In this document: piece by piece, positions 18,842 through 28,763 of the stretch
Layout: each line of letters starts with the position of its first letter
Position numbering within the stretch: the stretch's first letter is position 1
From: an uncultured Pseudomonadales bacterium
GTDB taxonomy: Bacteria; Pseudomonadota; Gammaproteobacteria; Pseudomonadales; CANNCY01
Direction: 5' to 3'
DNA: 64,000 nucleotides
Assembly: GCA_947503335.1 (NCBI GenBank)
Contig: CANNCY010000002.1
Span: 607,739-671,738 of the forward strand
Notes under the pieces: model-generated
Seen by the model: only the letters and a program-made list of their open reading frames with translations
Database searches by the model: none
What the model was told of the DNA's origin: nothing
Program-made: the position numbers and the translations under genes

Positions 18842-19837
18842 TTATATCTTTATTTGCTCACCGATTGCCAGCGACACAAAGGCTTCGCTATCTAACTGCG
18901 CTTTCAATACACTTTGCTTTAGACTCGAAATAGGCTCGATTGTTGGCTCAGAGGTAAGCGGGAACGCCCCCCAATGCATACCAATGCTTCGTATTGCCTT
19001 TACATCCTGATGAATTTGTACAGCCTCTTTTGGGTTTACATGATGTCCCTTCATAAAATCTCTAGGTGCATAGGCGCCAATTGGGATAAGCCCCATATCT
19101 ACTGAGCCAAACCGCTCGCCTATCTCTTTAAAATCGTGCGGGTTATAACCTGTGTCTCCTGCAAACCATACTGAATAGTTATCAAACTGAATCATCCAAC
19201 TCGCCCAATGGGATTGGTTTCGATCAAACAGCGTGCGTGCGCTCCAATGCTGTGATGGTGTTGCAGTAATAGCAGTATCGTTATACGTCGCTGATTGGTA
19301 CCAACCTAGCTCGGTGACTCTTTTTTCATCAATGCCTAACTCTACAAACCACTTTTTTAGACCCATTGGCACGTAATACATTGGTGTATTACCTAGCGCT
19401 AAAATAGTTTGCTTATCTAGATGATCATAATGATTATGCGAGATCACCACGACATCAATATCAGGTAGCTCGTCTAGATTTACCGCAACCTCTGTAAAAC
19501 GTTTGGGGCCCATTCCCTGAATTGGCGAGGCATACTCTGAAAAAATCGGATCTGTTAATAGGTTTATGCCATCCTTTTGAATCAAGAACGTTGAATGCCC
19601 TAACCAGGTAATTTGATCATCGTTTTGCAACGTAGACACATCGATCGCTACAACCGGTACCTTATGCGCGCCGATAGATTGATCAACCCAAGGCTCTTCA
19701 CCAAAAAAGCGTACTTGCATAAAATCGAAGAAACCTTTTTTTGTGGGCTGTTCATGGTTGTTTTTGTACACTGGTGTTTGCTGACAGCCAGCTAGCATTG
19801 ATAGGCATAGCAGCGTTACTAGTTTTAATCTAACCAT
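18842..19837 (-). CDS. MBL-fold metallo-hydrolase lipoprotein (NAPE-PLD-like)
   Basis: It has a lipobox (LSMLAGC) and the HNHYDH metallo-beta-lactamase motif. Confidence 0.8.
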   Translation of the reverse strand: MVRLKLVTLLCLSMLAGCQQTPVYKNNHEQPTKKGFFDFMQVRFFGEEPWVDQSIGAHKVPVVAIDVSTLQNDDQITWLGHSTFLIQKDGINLLTDPIFSEYASPIQGMGPKRFTEVAVNLDELPDIDVVVISHNHYDHLDKQTILALGNTPMYYVPMGLKKWFVELGIDEKRVTELGWYQSATYNDTAITATPSQHWSARTLFDRNQSHWASWMIQFDNYSVWFAGDTGYNPHDFKEIGERFGSVDMGLIPIGAYAPRDFMKGHHVNPKEAVQIHQDVKAIRSIGMHWGAFPLTSEPTIEPISSLKQSVLKAQLDSEAFVSLAIGEQIKI

Positions 19838-19892
19838 CGTCTTACGTTCTTATTAACCCTCATTGAGACCAGTATATTGCTATCATTTGCGC

Positions 19893-20780
19893 ATGAAGCA
19901 AGCATCGATATTACATCCCCGCAATCTACACAATGGGCGCTATAACCTGTTCAAGCTATCAAAGGCCCACAAGCCGCTTGTGGGTCATATAAAGCGCTCG
20001 CCAACTGGCGACAAAACCATTAACTTTAGCAACCCTAACGCGGTACTTGCTTTAAATACAGCCCTGTTAAAGACGTATTATGATATTTCGTTTTATGACA
20101 TACCCGAGGGTTTTCTATGCCCGCCTATTCCAGGGCGCGCTGACTACATTCATTACTTAGCAGATCTAATTGGCCAGCCATCTGCAAACCCAGACGTACG
20201 TATATTAGACATTGGCTCTGGCGCTAATCTAATCTACCCAATCATTGGCAGTAAAGCCTATCAATGGCGCTTTAAGGCGAGCGAATTAAACGCCAAGGCG
20301 TTTCAATCGGCTCAGCAATTGATTGAAAAAAATGGCCTGGATACCAGTATCTCGATCATAAAGCAAAACTCGCCTGACAAGATTTTTGACGGCATCATCA
20401 CTGATGGTGATAAATTTGATGCGGTTATGTGCAACCCCCCGTTTCATAAATCTGCCGCAGAAGCCGCCGAAGGCTCGTCACGTAAAGTTCGTCAATTAAA
20501 TAAACACAAAAAGGTTAAGGCAGTGCCTAAGTTAAACTTTGGCGGCCAAGCAAACGAGCTTTGGTGTGACGGTGGCGAAGTTGCGTTTATAAAACGTATG
20601 ATTAGTGAAAGTGTAAATTACAAGCGCCAAGTTAATTGGTTCACTAGCTTAGTGTCAAAGAGCGACAACCTTAACCCAATAAAACAAGCATTGAAGAAAG
20701 TAAACGCCAGTCAAATACAGGTTGTAAAAATGGCTCAAGGCAGCAAAGAAAGCCGTTTTATCGCTTGGCGATTTGATTAG
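19893..20780 (+). CDS. rlmF: 23S rRNA (adenine1618-N6)-methyltransferase
   Basis: I preferred the ATG at 19893 (MKQASILHPRN). It has the NPPFH catalytic motif and the LDIGSGANLIYP SAM site, resembling YbiN/RlmF along its length. Confidence 0.82.
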   Translation: MKQASILHPRNLHNGRYNLFKLSKAHKPLVGHIKRSPTGDKTINFSNPNAVLALNTALLKTYYDISFYDIPEGFLCPPIPGRADYIHYLADLIGQPSANPDVRILDIGSGANLIYPIIGSKAYQWRFKASELNAKAFQSAQQLIEKNGLDTSISIIKQNSPDKIFDGIITDGDKFDAVMCNPPFHKSAAEAAEGSSRKVRQLNKHKKVKAVPKLNFGGQANELWCDGGEVAFIKRMISESVNYKRQVNWFTSLVSKSDNLNPIKQALKKVNASQIQVVKMAQGSKESRFIAWRFD

Positions 20781-21271
20781 TGATGCGCCAACATGCGGCT
20801 ATAAATGCCCGGAAAGTTATCTGGTAACGCGATGGCGCCACAGGCTTTTTCATAAAACTCTACTGAGCCTACCCAGCCGATAATTGCATACGCATAGCCA
20901 TCAGCTTTCATAGCGTTAAATGCTGCGTTTAACATTGCGGTGGCTATACCTTTATTACGGTAGGCCTGTGCCACACCCATTGGCCCAACCATACCCTTGG
21001 CAGTGCCGTCATAGCATGCAAAGCCAACTATTTCGCGATGGCGAACAGCAATCAAACAGGTAGTGGGGTGGCGATAAAGGGTAGCTGCGCATTCTTCGAT
21101 CCAACCTTCTGAGTGATCGATAAAATGTTCGCGTACAAAATCGCAAATGAGCTGTTTATCAATCACCAACGCGCGCTTAATTTGTATCTCAGCAGCACCA
21201 CTAGGGCATTCATTCCACTGCCGCTCGCGATATAAATCAACCACCATGTCTGTCATTGCTATGCTCCGCAT
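20777..21271 (-). CDS. GNAT-family N-acetyltransferase
   Basis: A 164-aa protein with motif A (QAYRNKGIATAMLNAA). Confidence 0.75.
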   Translation of the reverse strand: MRSIAMTDMVVDLYRERQWNECPSGAAEIQIKRALVIDKQLICDFVREHFIDHSEGWIEECAATLYRHPTTCLIAVRHREIVGFACYDGTAKGMVGPMGVAQAYRNKGIATAMLNAAFNAMKADGYAYAIIGWVGSVEFYEKACGAIALPDNFPGIYSRMLAHH

Positions 21272-21381
21272 CTCGTTCTTAATGCTGCCATTGCAGCGTA
21301 GGCAACAAAGTACAGCACATTGTTTATTGAAATCAATGCTTGATGCTATGATGAGGCCGTTATTAGCGACAACTAGTCATC

Positions 21382-22260
21382 ATGCCCAAAGCAACTCTAG
21401 AACAATGGCGAATGTTCAAGGCCGTAGTCGATCACGGCGGCTTTAACCAAGCCGCCGAGGTCGTGCATAAAAGCCAGTCGACCGTGCATCACGCTGTTCA
21501 GAAGCTAGAGCAGACATTGAGTATTCAGTTGTTGAAAGTGACCGGCCGTAAAGCCGAGCTTACCGACACCGGCGAGCTAATGTATCGACGTGCCAGCTTT
21601 TTATTAGACGAGGCAGTTAAACTAGAGTCACTTGCCGCAGCGTTAGCCGATGGGGTCGAATCTAAATTATCTGTGGCAGTTGATGAAGCCTTTGACACCG
21701 AGCTAATGCTCAAGGCCATTCACCAGGTAACCGACGAATACCCTACCGTTTCAATTAATCTTGTCGAAACCGTGTTAGCTGGGGCCGCCGAACTTGTGGC
21801 ATTGGGCGAGGTTGATTTAGCGATATCCCCTCTGCCCGCCCAAGAAAACTTTAGTGAAGAGCTTTGTAGACTAGAGTTCACGGCAGTTATGGCACCAAAC
21901 TATGCGCTCAGCAATCTTAGCGGCGATATAACGCTAGACAGTCTAAAGGCCTATCGCCAGATAGTGATTCGCGATTCAGCCCAAAACGCCGATACCGACT
22001 CTGGTTGGCTAGGCGCCGACCACCGGTTCACAGTTGGTCATGTTCGCAGCAGTATCGATATGGTGCGCAGCGGCTTTGGCTTTGCCTGGTTACCTGCACA
22101 CAAGGTACGGCCCTATATTGACCAGGGCGAACTGGTCGAAATTGCCATCAAAGATGGCGCGAAACGTTCGTCACCGATGTATTTGCACTTTGCCGATGGC
22201 GACAAACTGGGCCCGGCAGCTCGCGCGTTAATTGCTGCACTTAGAATGCTTATTGACTAA
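21382..22260 (+). CDS. LysR-family transcriptional regulator
   Basis: It has an N-terminal LysR HTH (FKAVVDHGGFNQAAEVVHKSQSTVHHAVQKLE) and a substrate-binding domain. Confidence 0.9.
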   Translation: MPKATLEQWRMFKAVVDHGGFNQAAEVVHKSQSTVHHAVQKLEQTLSIQLLKVTGRKAELTDTGELMYRRASFLLDEAVKLESLAAALADGVESKLSVAVDEAFDTELMLKAIHQVTDEYPTVSINLVETVLAGAAELVALGEVDLAISPLPAQENFSEELCRLEFTAVMAPNYALSNLSGDITLDSLKAYRQIVIRDSAQNADTDSGWLGADHRFTVGHVRSSIDMVRSGFGFAWLPAHKVRPYIDQGELVEIAIKDGAKRSSPMYLHFADGDKLGPAARALIAALRMLID

Positions 22261-22355
22261 CCATTCGAAAAAATCGAACAAACGCTATAAAACTATCTAA
22301 TTTTTTAAATTCCATACTGAATCTAGACTATACCTATCAAATATAGGAGACAGTC

Positions 22356-23093
22356 ATGGAATACATCAGACCTGCTAGCGAACGCGGCACAGCAAACTTT
22401 GGCTGGCTAGATAGCAAACACTCATTTAGCTTTGGTAACTACTATGACGCTAACCACATGGGCTTTAGCGCTCTTAGAGTGATCAATGACGACGCTATTC
22501 AACCCAGTACAGGCTTTGGTACGCACCCTCACCGAGACATGGAGATCATTTCATATGTATTAGAGGGTGGATTAGCACACAAAGATAGTATGGGTAACGA
22601 GTACACAATACCTGCTGGTGACGTACAACGAATGAGCGCTGGCTCAGGCATTACCCACAGCGAATACAACGCTTCTAATGAAACAACCGCAAAGTTTCTA
22701 CAAATTTGGATCTTGCCTAAACTGACGGGTATTGAACCCAGCTATGAGCAAAAGACAGTTGCGCAGCAAGGGCCGCTTACTCCGCTAGTCACTCCCAACG
22801 GCAGCAGCAATAGTCTGTCAATTAACCAAGACGCAAGTATTCATAGGCTGCTGTTAGCCCCTGGCGAATCAGCAGAGCTAGAACACAGTGATCAACGAAG
22901 TGGTTACCTTCATGTTGTATCGGGCGAGTTAGCACTAAAAACAGACACACCTGCGGCTTCAGGAGCAGCGGCCATCACCTTGTCAAAAGCCGACGGGCTA
23001 GGCTCGGCAGTTGGTCGCACAATCAGCGTCACGAATACAGGCAGCGAGCAAGTCGAAGCACTTTGGTTTGATCTACCTTCGTTGAGCGAATAA
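22356..23093 (+). CDS. pirin-family protein
   Basis: It has the bicupin HPHRDMEIISYVLEG motif and an AGGAG RBS 7 nt upstream. Confidence 0.9.
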   Translation: MEYIRPASERGTANFGWLDSKHSFSFGNYYDANHMGFSALRVINDDAIQPSTGFGTHPHRDMEIISYVLEGGLAHKDSMGNEYTIPAGDVQRMSAGSGITHSEYNASNETTAKFLQIWILPKLTGIEPSYEQKTVAQQGPLTPLVTPNGSSNSLSINQDASIHRLLLAPGESAELEHSDQRSGYLHVVSGELALKTDTPAASGAAAITLSKADGLGSAVGRTISVTNTGSEQVEALWFDLPSLSE

Positions 23094-23126
23094 CAAAGAA
23101 TCTATTTATTTAAAGGACACACAATT

Positions 23127-23570
23127 ATGAACAACTTAATCAAAAACATCGTCAAAACTGATAACAACTGGGGCGTACTAGCGCTACGAGTACCGGTAGG
23201 TATTATTCTTGCCGCGCACGGCGCACAAAAGCTATTTGGTTGGTTTGGCGGCTACGGTCTTGAGGGCACTGGGCAATGGATGGCATCTATCGGCATAGAG
23301 CCAGGCGTACTGATGGCGTTTTTAGCCGGCAGCGCAGAATTCTTTGGTGGCATAGCGTTGATACTTGGTCTATTAACTCGCCCTGCTGCTTTAGTGAGCG
23401 CCTTCACCATGGTGATTGCTATTGTCGCAGTACATTTACCGAACGGTTTATTTATGTCGAACAACGGCTATGAATTTGGCTTGAGTTTACTGGCGGCAAG
23501 CATTGCGCTAGTGCAATTAGGTGGTGGTACTGCGTCGGTAGACCGCTTGCTTGAAAAGCGCTTTCAATAG
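23127..23570 (+). CDS. DoxX-family membrane protein
   Basis: A 147-aa protein with four hydrophobic helices and the AHGAQKLFGWFGG motif. Confidence 0.85.
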   Translation: MNNLIKNIVKTDNNWGVLALRVPVGIILAAHGAQKLFGWFGGYGLEGTGQWMASIGIEPGVLMAFLAGSAEFFGGIALILGLLTRPAALVSAFTMVIAIVAVHLPNGLFMSNNGYEFGLSLLAASIALVQLGGGTASVDRLLEKRFQ

Positions 23571-23577
23571 TCAATGG

Positions 23578-24174
23578 CTACAACGTATTGAATAGCCTAA
23601 AAGTTAAATTAATGCGGGGCTCTTTTACCCGCATCATTTTTGGCAGCGAGTGCAACCAATGCTGTTGCACCTCGCCCTGCATCAATAACAGACTGCCATG
23701 AGGCAGAATCACTTCAACCTTCTGGCCACTAGCGCGATGTTTAAACAAAAAACGGCGCTGAGCCCCAAAACTAATCGATGCAATACTACTACCAACGGCT
23801 AATTCTTTTTCGTTATCGGCATGCCAGCCCATTCCTTGTGAACCGTCATGATAGAGATTAAGTAAACAGGTATTAAACTGTTCGTTCGTCTCAGCGATAA
23901 CTTTGTCTTCTAGTTCGCGCAAACAATCGGTATATACAAAGGCCTCTCTAGTATTACCTGAGTATCTGTAAGTACGTACCTTGTCTGAATACACTGCAAC
24001 CTGTCTTGCGGTTGTAATGGTTTTGCCAAACATCGTTACCTGATCGTTCTGCCACTTAGTTTCACGTCGTATAAGATCAAAATACGCGTCTGCACATTCT
24101 GTTGATAGCCACGACGAGTGTATGTAAACCTGCCCATCAAAGGGTAAGAGATTGTTTGTTGTATATAGAGGCAT
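23578..24174 (-). CDS. alkB: AlkB-like Fe(II)/2-oxoglutarate dioxygenase
   Basis: It has the HxD...H iron triad context (GMGWHADNE ... HWLHSLP) and RINLTFR at the C-terminus. Confidence 0.78.
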   Translation of the reverse strand: MPLYTTNNLLPFDGQVYIHSSWLSTECADAYFDLIRRETKWQNDQVTMFGKTITTARQVAVYSDKVRTYRYSGNTREAFVYTDCLRELEDKVIAETNEQFNTCLLNLYHDGSQGMGWHADNEKELAVGSSIASISFGAQRRFLFKHRASGQKVEVILPHGSLLLMQGEVQQHWLHSLPKMMRVKEPRINLTFRLFNTL

Positions 24175-24256
24175 AAACCTGACTATAGCGCCCTTTACCT
24201 TAAAAAGCGCGGCAAGCTAGCGTACAATAGCCCTAGACAAAGACATCAAGGCCATC

Positions 24257-25714
24257 ATGATCTACCAACAAGCTCTACAGGCATACCGCGCAGGTGACGT
24301 GAACGGTGCGGCCAGAATGCTAGGCAACTGTATTCAGCAGGGGCAGGCCACGGCCAACGAGTTACGGTTAGCGTCGCGTATTGCCTATCAACAAACCCAA
24401 TATGCTGCGGCGCACAGCATTATGCGTATGCTAGCGTCTAAAGATAAGCTCACCGTCAACGATCTGATTGCCAAGGCACATATTGAGCTTGAGCTAGCTG
24501 ACTTAGCGAATGCTAAAAAGACGGTCGCGCTAATCGACCCTGACACCTGTACGATTGACCAACTAAGTCATGTCTCGGGCGTGTATGAGCAAACCGGTGA
24601 CCTAAAAAAAGCAGCCTCATTACTTGAGCCTCATATCTTATGCAACGCATCACCTAATACTGAGGTAGTAGAACAGCTGCTTGGCCAATGGCTTGCCATG
24701 GGGCAAGGTGCCATGGGGTTAGAGCTGATTACATCTCTAACAGCGCCAACGGCTAAGTCTATCTGGCTAGCCACGCATTTTCATGACGATAAATCGGTTA
24801 CGCAGTTTATTAAACGTCATTTCGACAAGGCTGAAAGTAAAGAAGACAAGATATGGCTGGGCTTTGCACTAGGGCGAGCCTACGAGCGCGACAAGCAATA
24901 CGATGATGCGTGGCATTGTTTACAATTTGCCAATCGCCTAAAGGCTACAACATTTAATGAAGATGATTTAGCTCGCCCCTATAAGACGTTAGAGCACTAT
25001 CAGGCTCTTGGTTCAACGCTTCATTCTGAGCCCGCAACTTCATCACCTATGAGAATGATTTTTGTGGTGGGCGCACCACGTTCAGGTACAACACTACTTG
25101 CCCGAATGCTTGGCCAACTTGATGGCGCAAAGTATATTGGCGAGCAACCTTTCATAGGTAGAATCGCCCCAGTTCTATTAGCCGGTAAGATAAGTGCGCA
25201 GCGTGCACGCGATTATTATCTTGACCATATTCGCCAACGCCACGAGCAACATACCAAGATAGTCATCGACGATCACCCCTACAACTTTCTTTACATCGAA
25301 GCGATTAAGCTAATGTTTAGCAATGCGATTATAGTGGGTCTAGACCGCAACCGTTTTGATCTAATGATGGCCAATTATAAAACCTGTTTTGATGACAAAG
25401 CCGAGCCGCTTAGCTATGACTTAAACAAGCTGAGTGACTACCTCGAACTGATCGATAATCGCTTAAATCACAATGATGTAATACGTGTTAAGTACGAGCA
25501 ACTAGTAACGTCGCCTCGCCAGGCTTTAGCAAAGGCCCTGCGTTATCTTGGTACATCTTATGACGCAAAGATTGAACATTTTTATAACGACAAATCGGCT
25601 ATCTTAACCGCTAGTACCGCCCAAGCTAGAAAACCGTTAAATAGTGATTCGATAGGCTATAAAGATCGCTATCCAATGGCATTTACCGATTTTCTAAAAC
25701 GAAGCAGCGACTAA
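24257..25714 (+). CDS. TPR-repeat protein with C-terminal sulfotransferase domain
   Basis: The N-terminal 250 aa are helical, TPR-like repeats. These are followed by a PAPS 5'-phosphosulfate loop (VVGAPRSGTTLLARMLG). Confidence 0.72.
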   Translation: MIYQQALQAYRAGDVNGAARMLGNCIQQGQATANELRLASRIAYQQTQYAAAHSIMRMLASKDKLTVNDLIAKAHIELELADLANAKKTVALIDPDTCTIDQLSHVSGVYEQTGDLKKAASLLEPHILCNASPNTEVVEQLLGQWLAMGQGAMGLELITSLTAPTAKSIWLATHFHDDKSVTQFIKRHFDKAESKEDKIWLGFALGRAYERDKQYDDAWHCLQFANRLKATTFNEDDLARPYKTLEHYQALGSTLHSEPATSSPMRMIFVVGAPRSGTTLLARMLGQLDGAKYIGEQPFIGRIAPVLLAGKISAQRARDYYLDHIRQRHEQHTKIVIDDHPYNFLYIEAIKLMFSNAIIVGLDRNRFDLMMANYKTCFDDKAEPLSYDLNKLSDYLELIDNRLNHNDVIRVKYEQLVTSPRQALAKALRYLGTSYDAKIEHFYNDKSAILTASTAQARKPLNSDSIGYKDRYPMAFTDFLKRSSD

Positions 25715-25923
25715 TGGATTCTCAACTGTTACTCTCGGCCGCCCAACAAGTAATGCCCTTTGGTAAATATGCTGGGTCTAAGTTAATTGATTTACCCGAG
25801 CCCTACTTAGTTTGGTTTCATTCGAAGGGTTTCCCTAAAGGCAAACTCGGTGAACAATTAGCTCTAATGTACGAAATAAAATTAAATGGTTTAGAAAAAC
25901 TTATTCGCCCACTAGTAAACTAG
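25714..25923 (+). CDS. DUF3820-like small protein
   Basis: A 69-aa protein with MPFGKYAGSKLIDLPEPYLVWF...GFPKGKLG, which matches DUF3820 as I remember it. Its start shares TAATG with the upstream stop. Confidence 0.65.
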   Translation: MDSQLLLSAAQQVMPFGKYAGSKLIDLPEPYLVWFHSKGFPKGKLGEQLALMYEIKLNGLEKLIRPLVN

Positions 25924-26675
25924 TCAAACCGCTGTGCAACGTACACGCCGTAGCTGACGTAGTCTTTGTATTGTTCGTATAACTCTCGCTCTTGCGTATC
26001 TTGATCGATGATCTGTTGGGCGAGTTCTTCATGGCCACCCATGTCTTTTAAGAACTTTTCGTAATACTGTTCTAGTGGGCCGTAGTAGTTCGCTAGCCAA
26101 CATTGTTCATCTAAATAAAAGTAACCTTTAACACGGTAACCAGCTGCTTCTAACTGAGCAATCTTGCCTGATGCCGTCGCAATCTGTGGATACGCCTCAT
26201 CCCAATAATCAGTAATCGCTTGTGGTCGTTCATCTGTTAACCAGGTGATTTCTGATACTACTAAATGCCCTTTATCCTTTATAAACGGACGCCACTTATT
26301 AACGCCCTCTCTAAATCCCATATTATAGATCGCGCCCTCTGACCAGATCAGATCATACTCTTCGTGATCGAAAGGCAAATCGGTCATCGACGCTTCAAGC
26401 GTGTCTATATGTTTAATTTTGTTATCGCGCGCGCGCTCATTCAGTACTTGTAAGAACGGTGGCAAAAAATCTACTGCGGTAATGTGCGCGTTAATGAAAT
26501 ACTGTACTAAATCGAAAGCTGCAGCGCCTGTACCACAACCAATATCTGCAATCTTTATAGGCGCTGCTGCGTTAACCCCAGTGAGCTTTGCAGCATTAAG
26601 TGTCGCGTCTATACTACCTGGCCCTTGGCGCTGCTGATTAATGTGTAGCTTCGTTAACCCTTGAATAAAGTTCAT
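25920..26675 (-). CDS. class I SAM-dependent methyltransferase
   Basis: It has the IADIGCGTGAAA motif I. Its start abuts the pta stop with no gap. Confidence 0.8.
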   Translation of the reverse strand: MNFIQGLTKLHINQQRQGPGSIDATLNAAKLTGVNAAAPIKIADIGCGTGAAAFDLVQYFINAHITAVDFLPPFLQVLNERARDNKIKHIDTLEASMTDLPFDHEEYDLIWSEGAIYNMGFREGVNKWRPFIKDKGHLVVSEITWLTDERPQAITDYWDEAYPQIATASGKIAQLEAAGYRVKGYFYLDEQCWLANYYGPLEQYYEKFLKDMGGHEELAQQIIDQDTQERELYEQYKDYVSYGVYVAQRFD

Positions 26676-28763
26676 TTATCTTGCTCCTGCCTGAATAGCT
26701 GTTAACGCTATTGTATATACGATATCGTCTACCAGCGCACCGCGCGATAGATCATTAACTGGCTTGTTCAAACCTTGTAGCATCGGGCCAATAGAAATCA
26801 CACCAGCACTACGCTGTACCGCTTTATAGGTTGTGTTACCTGTATTTAAATCAGGAAATACAAAGACGGTTGCCTTGCCTGCAACCTCTGAATCAGGCGC
26901 CTTCGACTTAGCCACCTTTTCTACTGACGCGGCATCATATTGCAAAGGCCCATCAACAGGATAATCGGCTATTTTGCTTTTGGCGAGCTTGGTTGCTTCA
27001 CGCACTTTTTCAACGTCACTGCCGCGGCCTGACATGCCAGTCGAATATGAAATCATCGCCACCTTTGGATCAATACCAAATTGACGTGCCGACACTGCAC
27101 TCTGTACGGCAATATCAGCCAGTTGCTCAGCGCTTGGGTCAGGATTGATCGCACAATCTGCATACACCAATACCTGATCGGGTAAACACATAAAGAAGCA
27201 AGATGACACCAATGCCTGGCCAGGTTTAGTCTTGATCACCTGCAACGCAGGCGCCACTGTTGCAGCGGTGGTATTGACGGCGCCTGCTACTAAACCGTCA
27301 ACCTCGCCCATCTGCAACATCATCGTGCCTAATAGAATACGATTTTCTTGTAAGCTTTCTGACGCTAGTTGGTGGTTCATACCTTTATGCTTTCTCAGCT
27401 CTACATATTCAGCAATGTAGCGTTCGTATACATCAATAGGATTAACGATTTGAATGCTCTCATGAAGGGTGATGTCTTGGGCATGTGCCTGATGGGCTAT
27501 CGCCGATGGCTCGCCCAATAATACGCATCGGGCCATGCCGCGCTCGGCACAGATTTGAGCAGCCTGTATTGTTCTTGGCTCGTCGCCCTCGGGTAACACA
27601 ATACATTGATCAAGCTGCCTTGACCGTTTAACTAGCCCATATCTAAACGCAGCAGGTGATAGCCGGCGAGCGTGCTCTACTGTGACTAGTTCGCGTAAAA
27701 TGTCTCGATCTAAATGATTTGCGATATGATTTTTAAGATCGTTGTAGCGCGCATAATCGTCTTCAGGAAGGTCAAGATAAACTTCAGGAAAGCTCGATAC
27801 GATTTCGTAGGTATTAAGGTTTGATAACATCACAGGCAAACCCAAATCTAGCGCACCCTGAATCAACTGTAGGCTTTCGTCTGCCGGCTTAGTCGCAGCG
27901 GTTAAAAGTAAACCGGCAAGTTTAATTCCTTTCATCTCGGCCAATGCGGCCATCATTAATACATCAACACGGTCGCCTGAGGTCACGATTAATGTATTTG
28001 CCTTGATAGTTTTGGCCAGATTATTAACCGTTCTAGTAGCTACTGAAAACCAAGAGATGCGCCTTGTGTCTGCATCGCCCTTTGAAATATATTCAACGTC
28101 AAATATTCGAGACAGATCAGCCGTTCGTGGCCTGCTAACTGATTTTTCCCAAGGAATGCAGCCGATAATAGGTAGCTTACTTTGGCGAGTTTTTAGCTCT
28201 GTTATATGATGTACCGCCGCCTTATCTAACGACGCCGATAAGTCTGGCCTATCTCGCCCTACTTTATCAACTGGCACGCCAATTTTGTTATAGATAACGC
28301 CGATGACGCGATCTCTGATACTAGAGAAATTTTCTAATACAGTACTCATTTGCCCTTCGGCAGTTAGGTGCTCTGTACCATGAGCGGTGGCTACAAATAT
28401 AACGCGAGTATCGAGTGATTTCGCTAAGCTAATATTAAACTGCCTAGCTTGAACCATGGTGTTATTTTCAGCGGCACCCATCACACAAACAACGTCAACC
28501 TCACCGGTTTGTTCGTCGAATGCAGCCACTATATTTTCTAATAGTTCGGGCATGCGCCTTTTAGTAAAGTCGCTCATAAACTGTTGCGGCGTGAACACAG
28601 GGTTAACATCTGCGAGTTTTTCCATCGCTTGTTTTTCTGTGCCAACCGGCCAAAACAACGATGCATTTAAACCGCGCTGTTCAAAGACATGTTGCATACC
28701 TAACGCACAAGACAATAGGCTTGTGCCAGGCTCAATAGGTATCAATTGAATTACTTTTTTCAT
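26676..28763 (-). CDS. pta: phosphate acetyltransferase (long form with N-terminal regulatory domains)
   Basis: A 695-aa protein whose C-terminal PTA_PTB domain (SYSTGMSG, ANTTYKAVQR-like region) is present. It overlaps ackA by 4 nt. Confidence 0.92.
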   Translation of the reverse strand: MKKVIQLIPIEPGTSLLSCALGMQHVFEQRGLNASLFWPVGTEKQAMEKLADVNPVFTPQQFMSDFTKRRMPELLENIVAAFDEQTGEVDVVCVMGAAENNTMVQARQFNISLAKSLDTRVIFVATAHGTEHLTAEGQMSTVLENFSSIRDRVIGVIYNKIGVPVDKVGRDRPDLSASLDKAAVHHITELKTRQSKLPIIGCIPWEKSVSRPRTADLSRIFDVEYISKGDADTRRISWFSVATRTVNNLAKTIKANTLIVTSGDRVDVLMMAALAEMKGIKLAGLLLTAATKPADESLQLIQGALDLGLPVMLSNLNTYEIVSSFPEVYLDLPEDDYARYNDLKNHIANHLDRDILRELVTVEHARRLSPAAFRYGLVKRSRQLDQCIVLPEGDEPRTIQAAQICAERGMARCVLLGEPSAIAHQAHAQDITLHESIQIVNPIDVYERYIAEYVELRKHKGMNHQLASESLQENRILLGTMMLQMGEVDGLVAGAVNTTAATVAPALQVIKTKPGQALVSSCFFMCLPDQVLVYADCAINPDPSAEQLADIAVQSAVSARQFGIDPKVAMISYSTGMSGRGSDVEKVREATKLAKSKIADYPVDGPLQYDAASVEKVAKSKAPDSEVAGKATVFVFPDLNTGNTTYKAVQRSAGVISIGPMLQGLNKPVNDLSRGALVDDIVYTIALTAIQAGAR

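Noticed and set aside
21326-21337. Inverted repeat ATTGA-AA-TCAAT upstream of the LysR gene as a T-N11-A LysR box
   Set aside because: It is short, has no second copy upstream of the pirin gene, and is easily generated by chance in AT-rich DNA.
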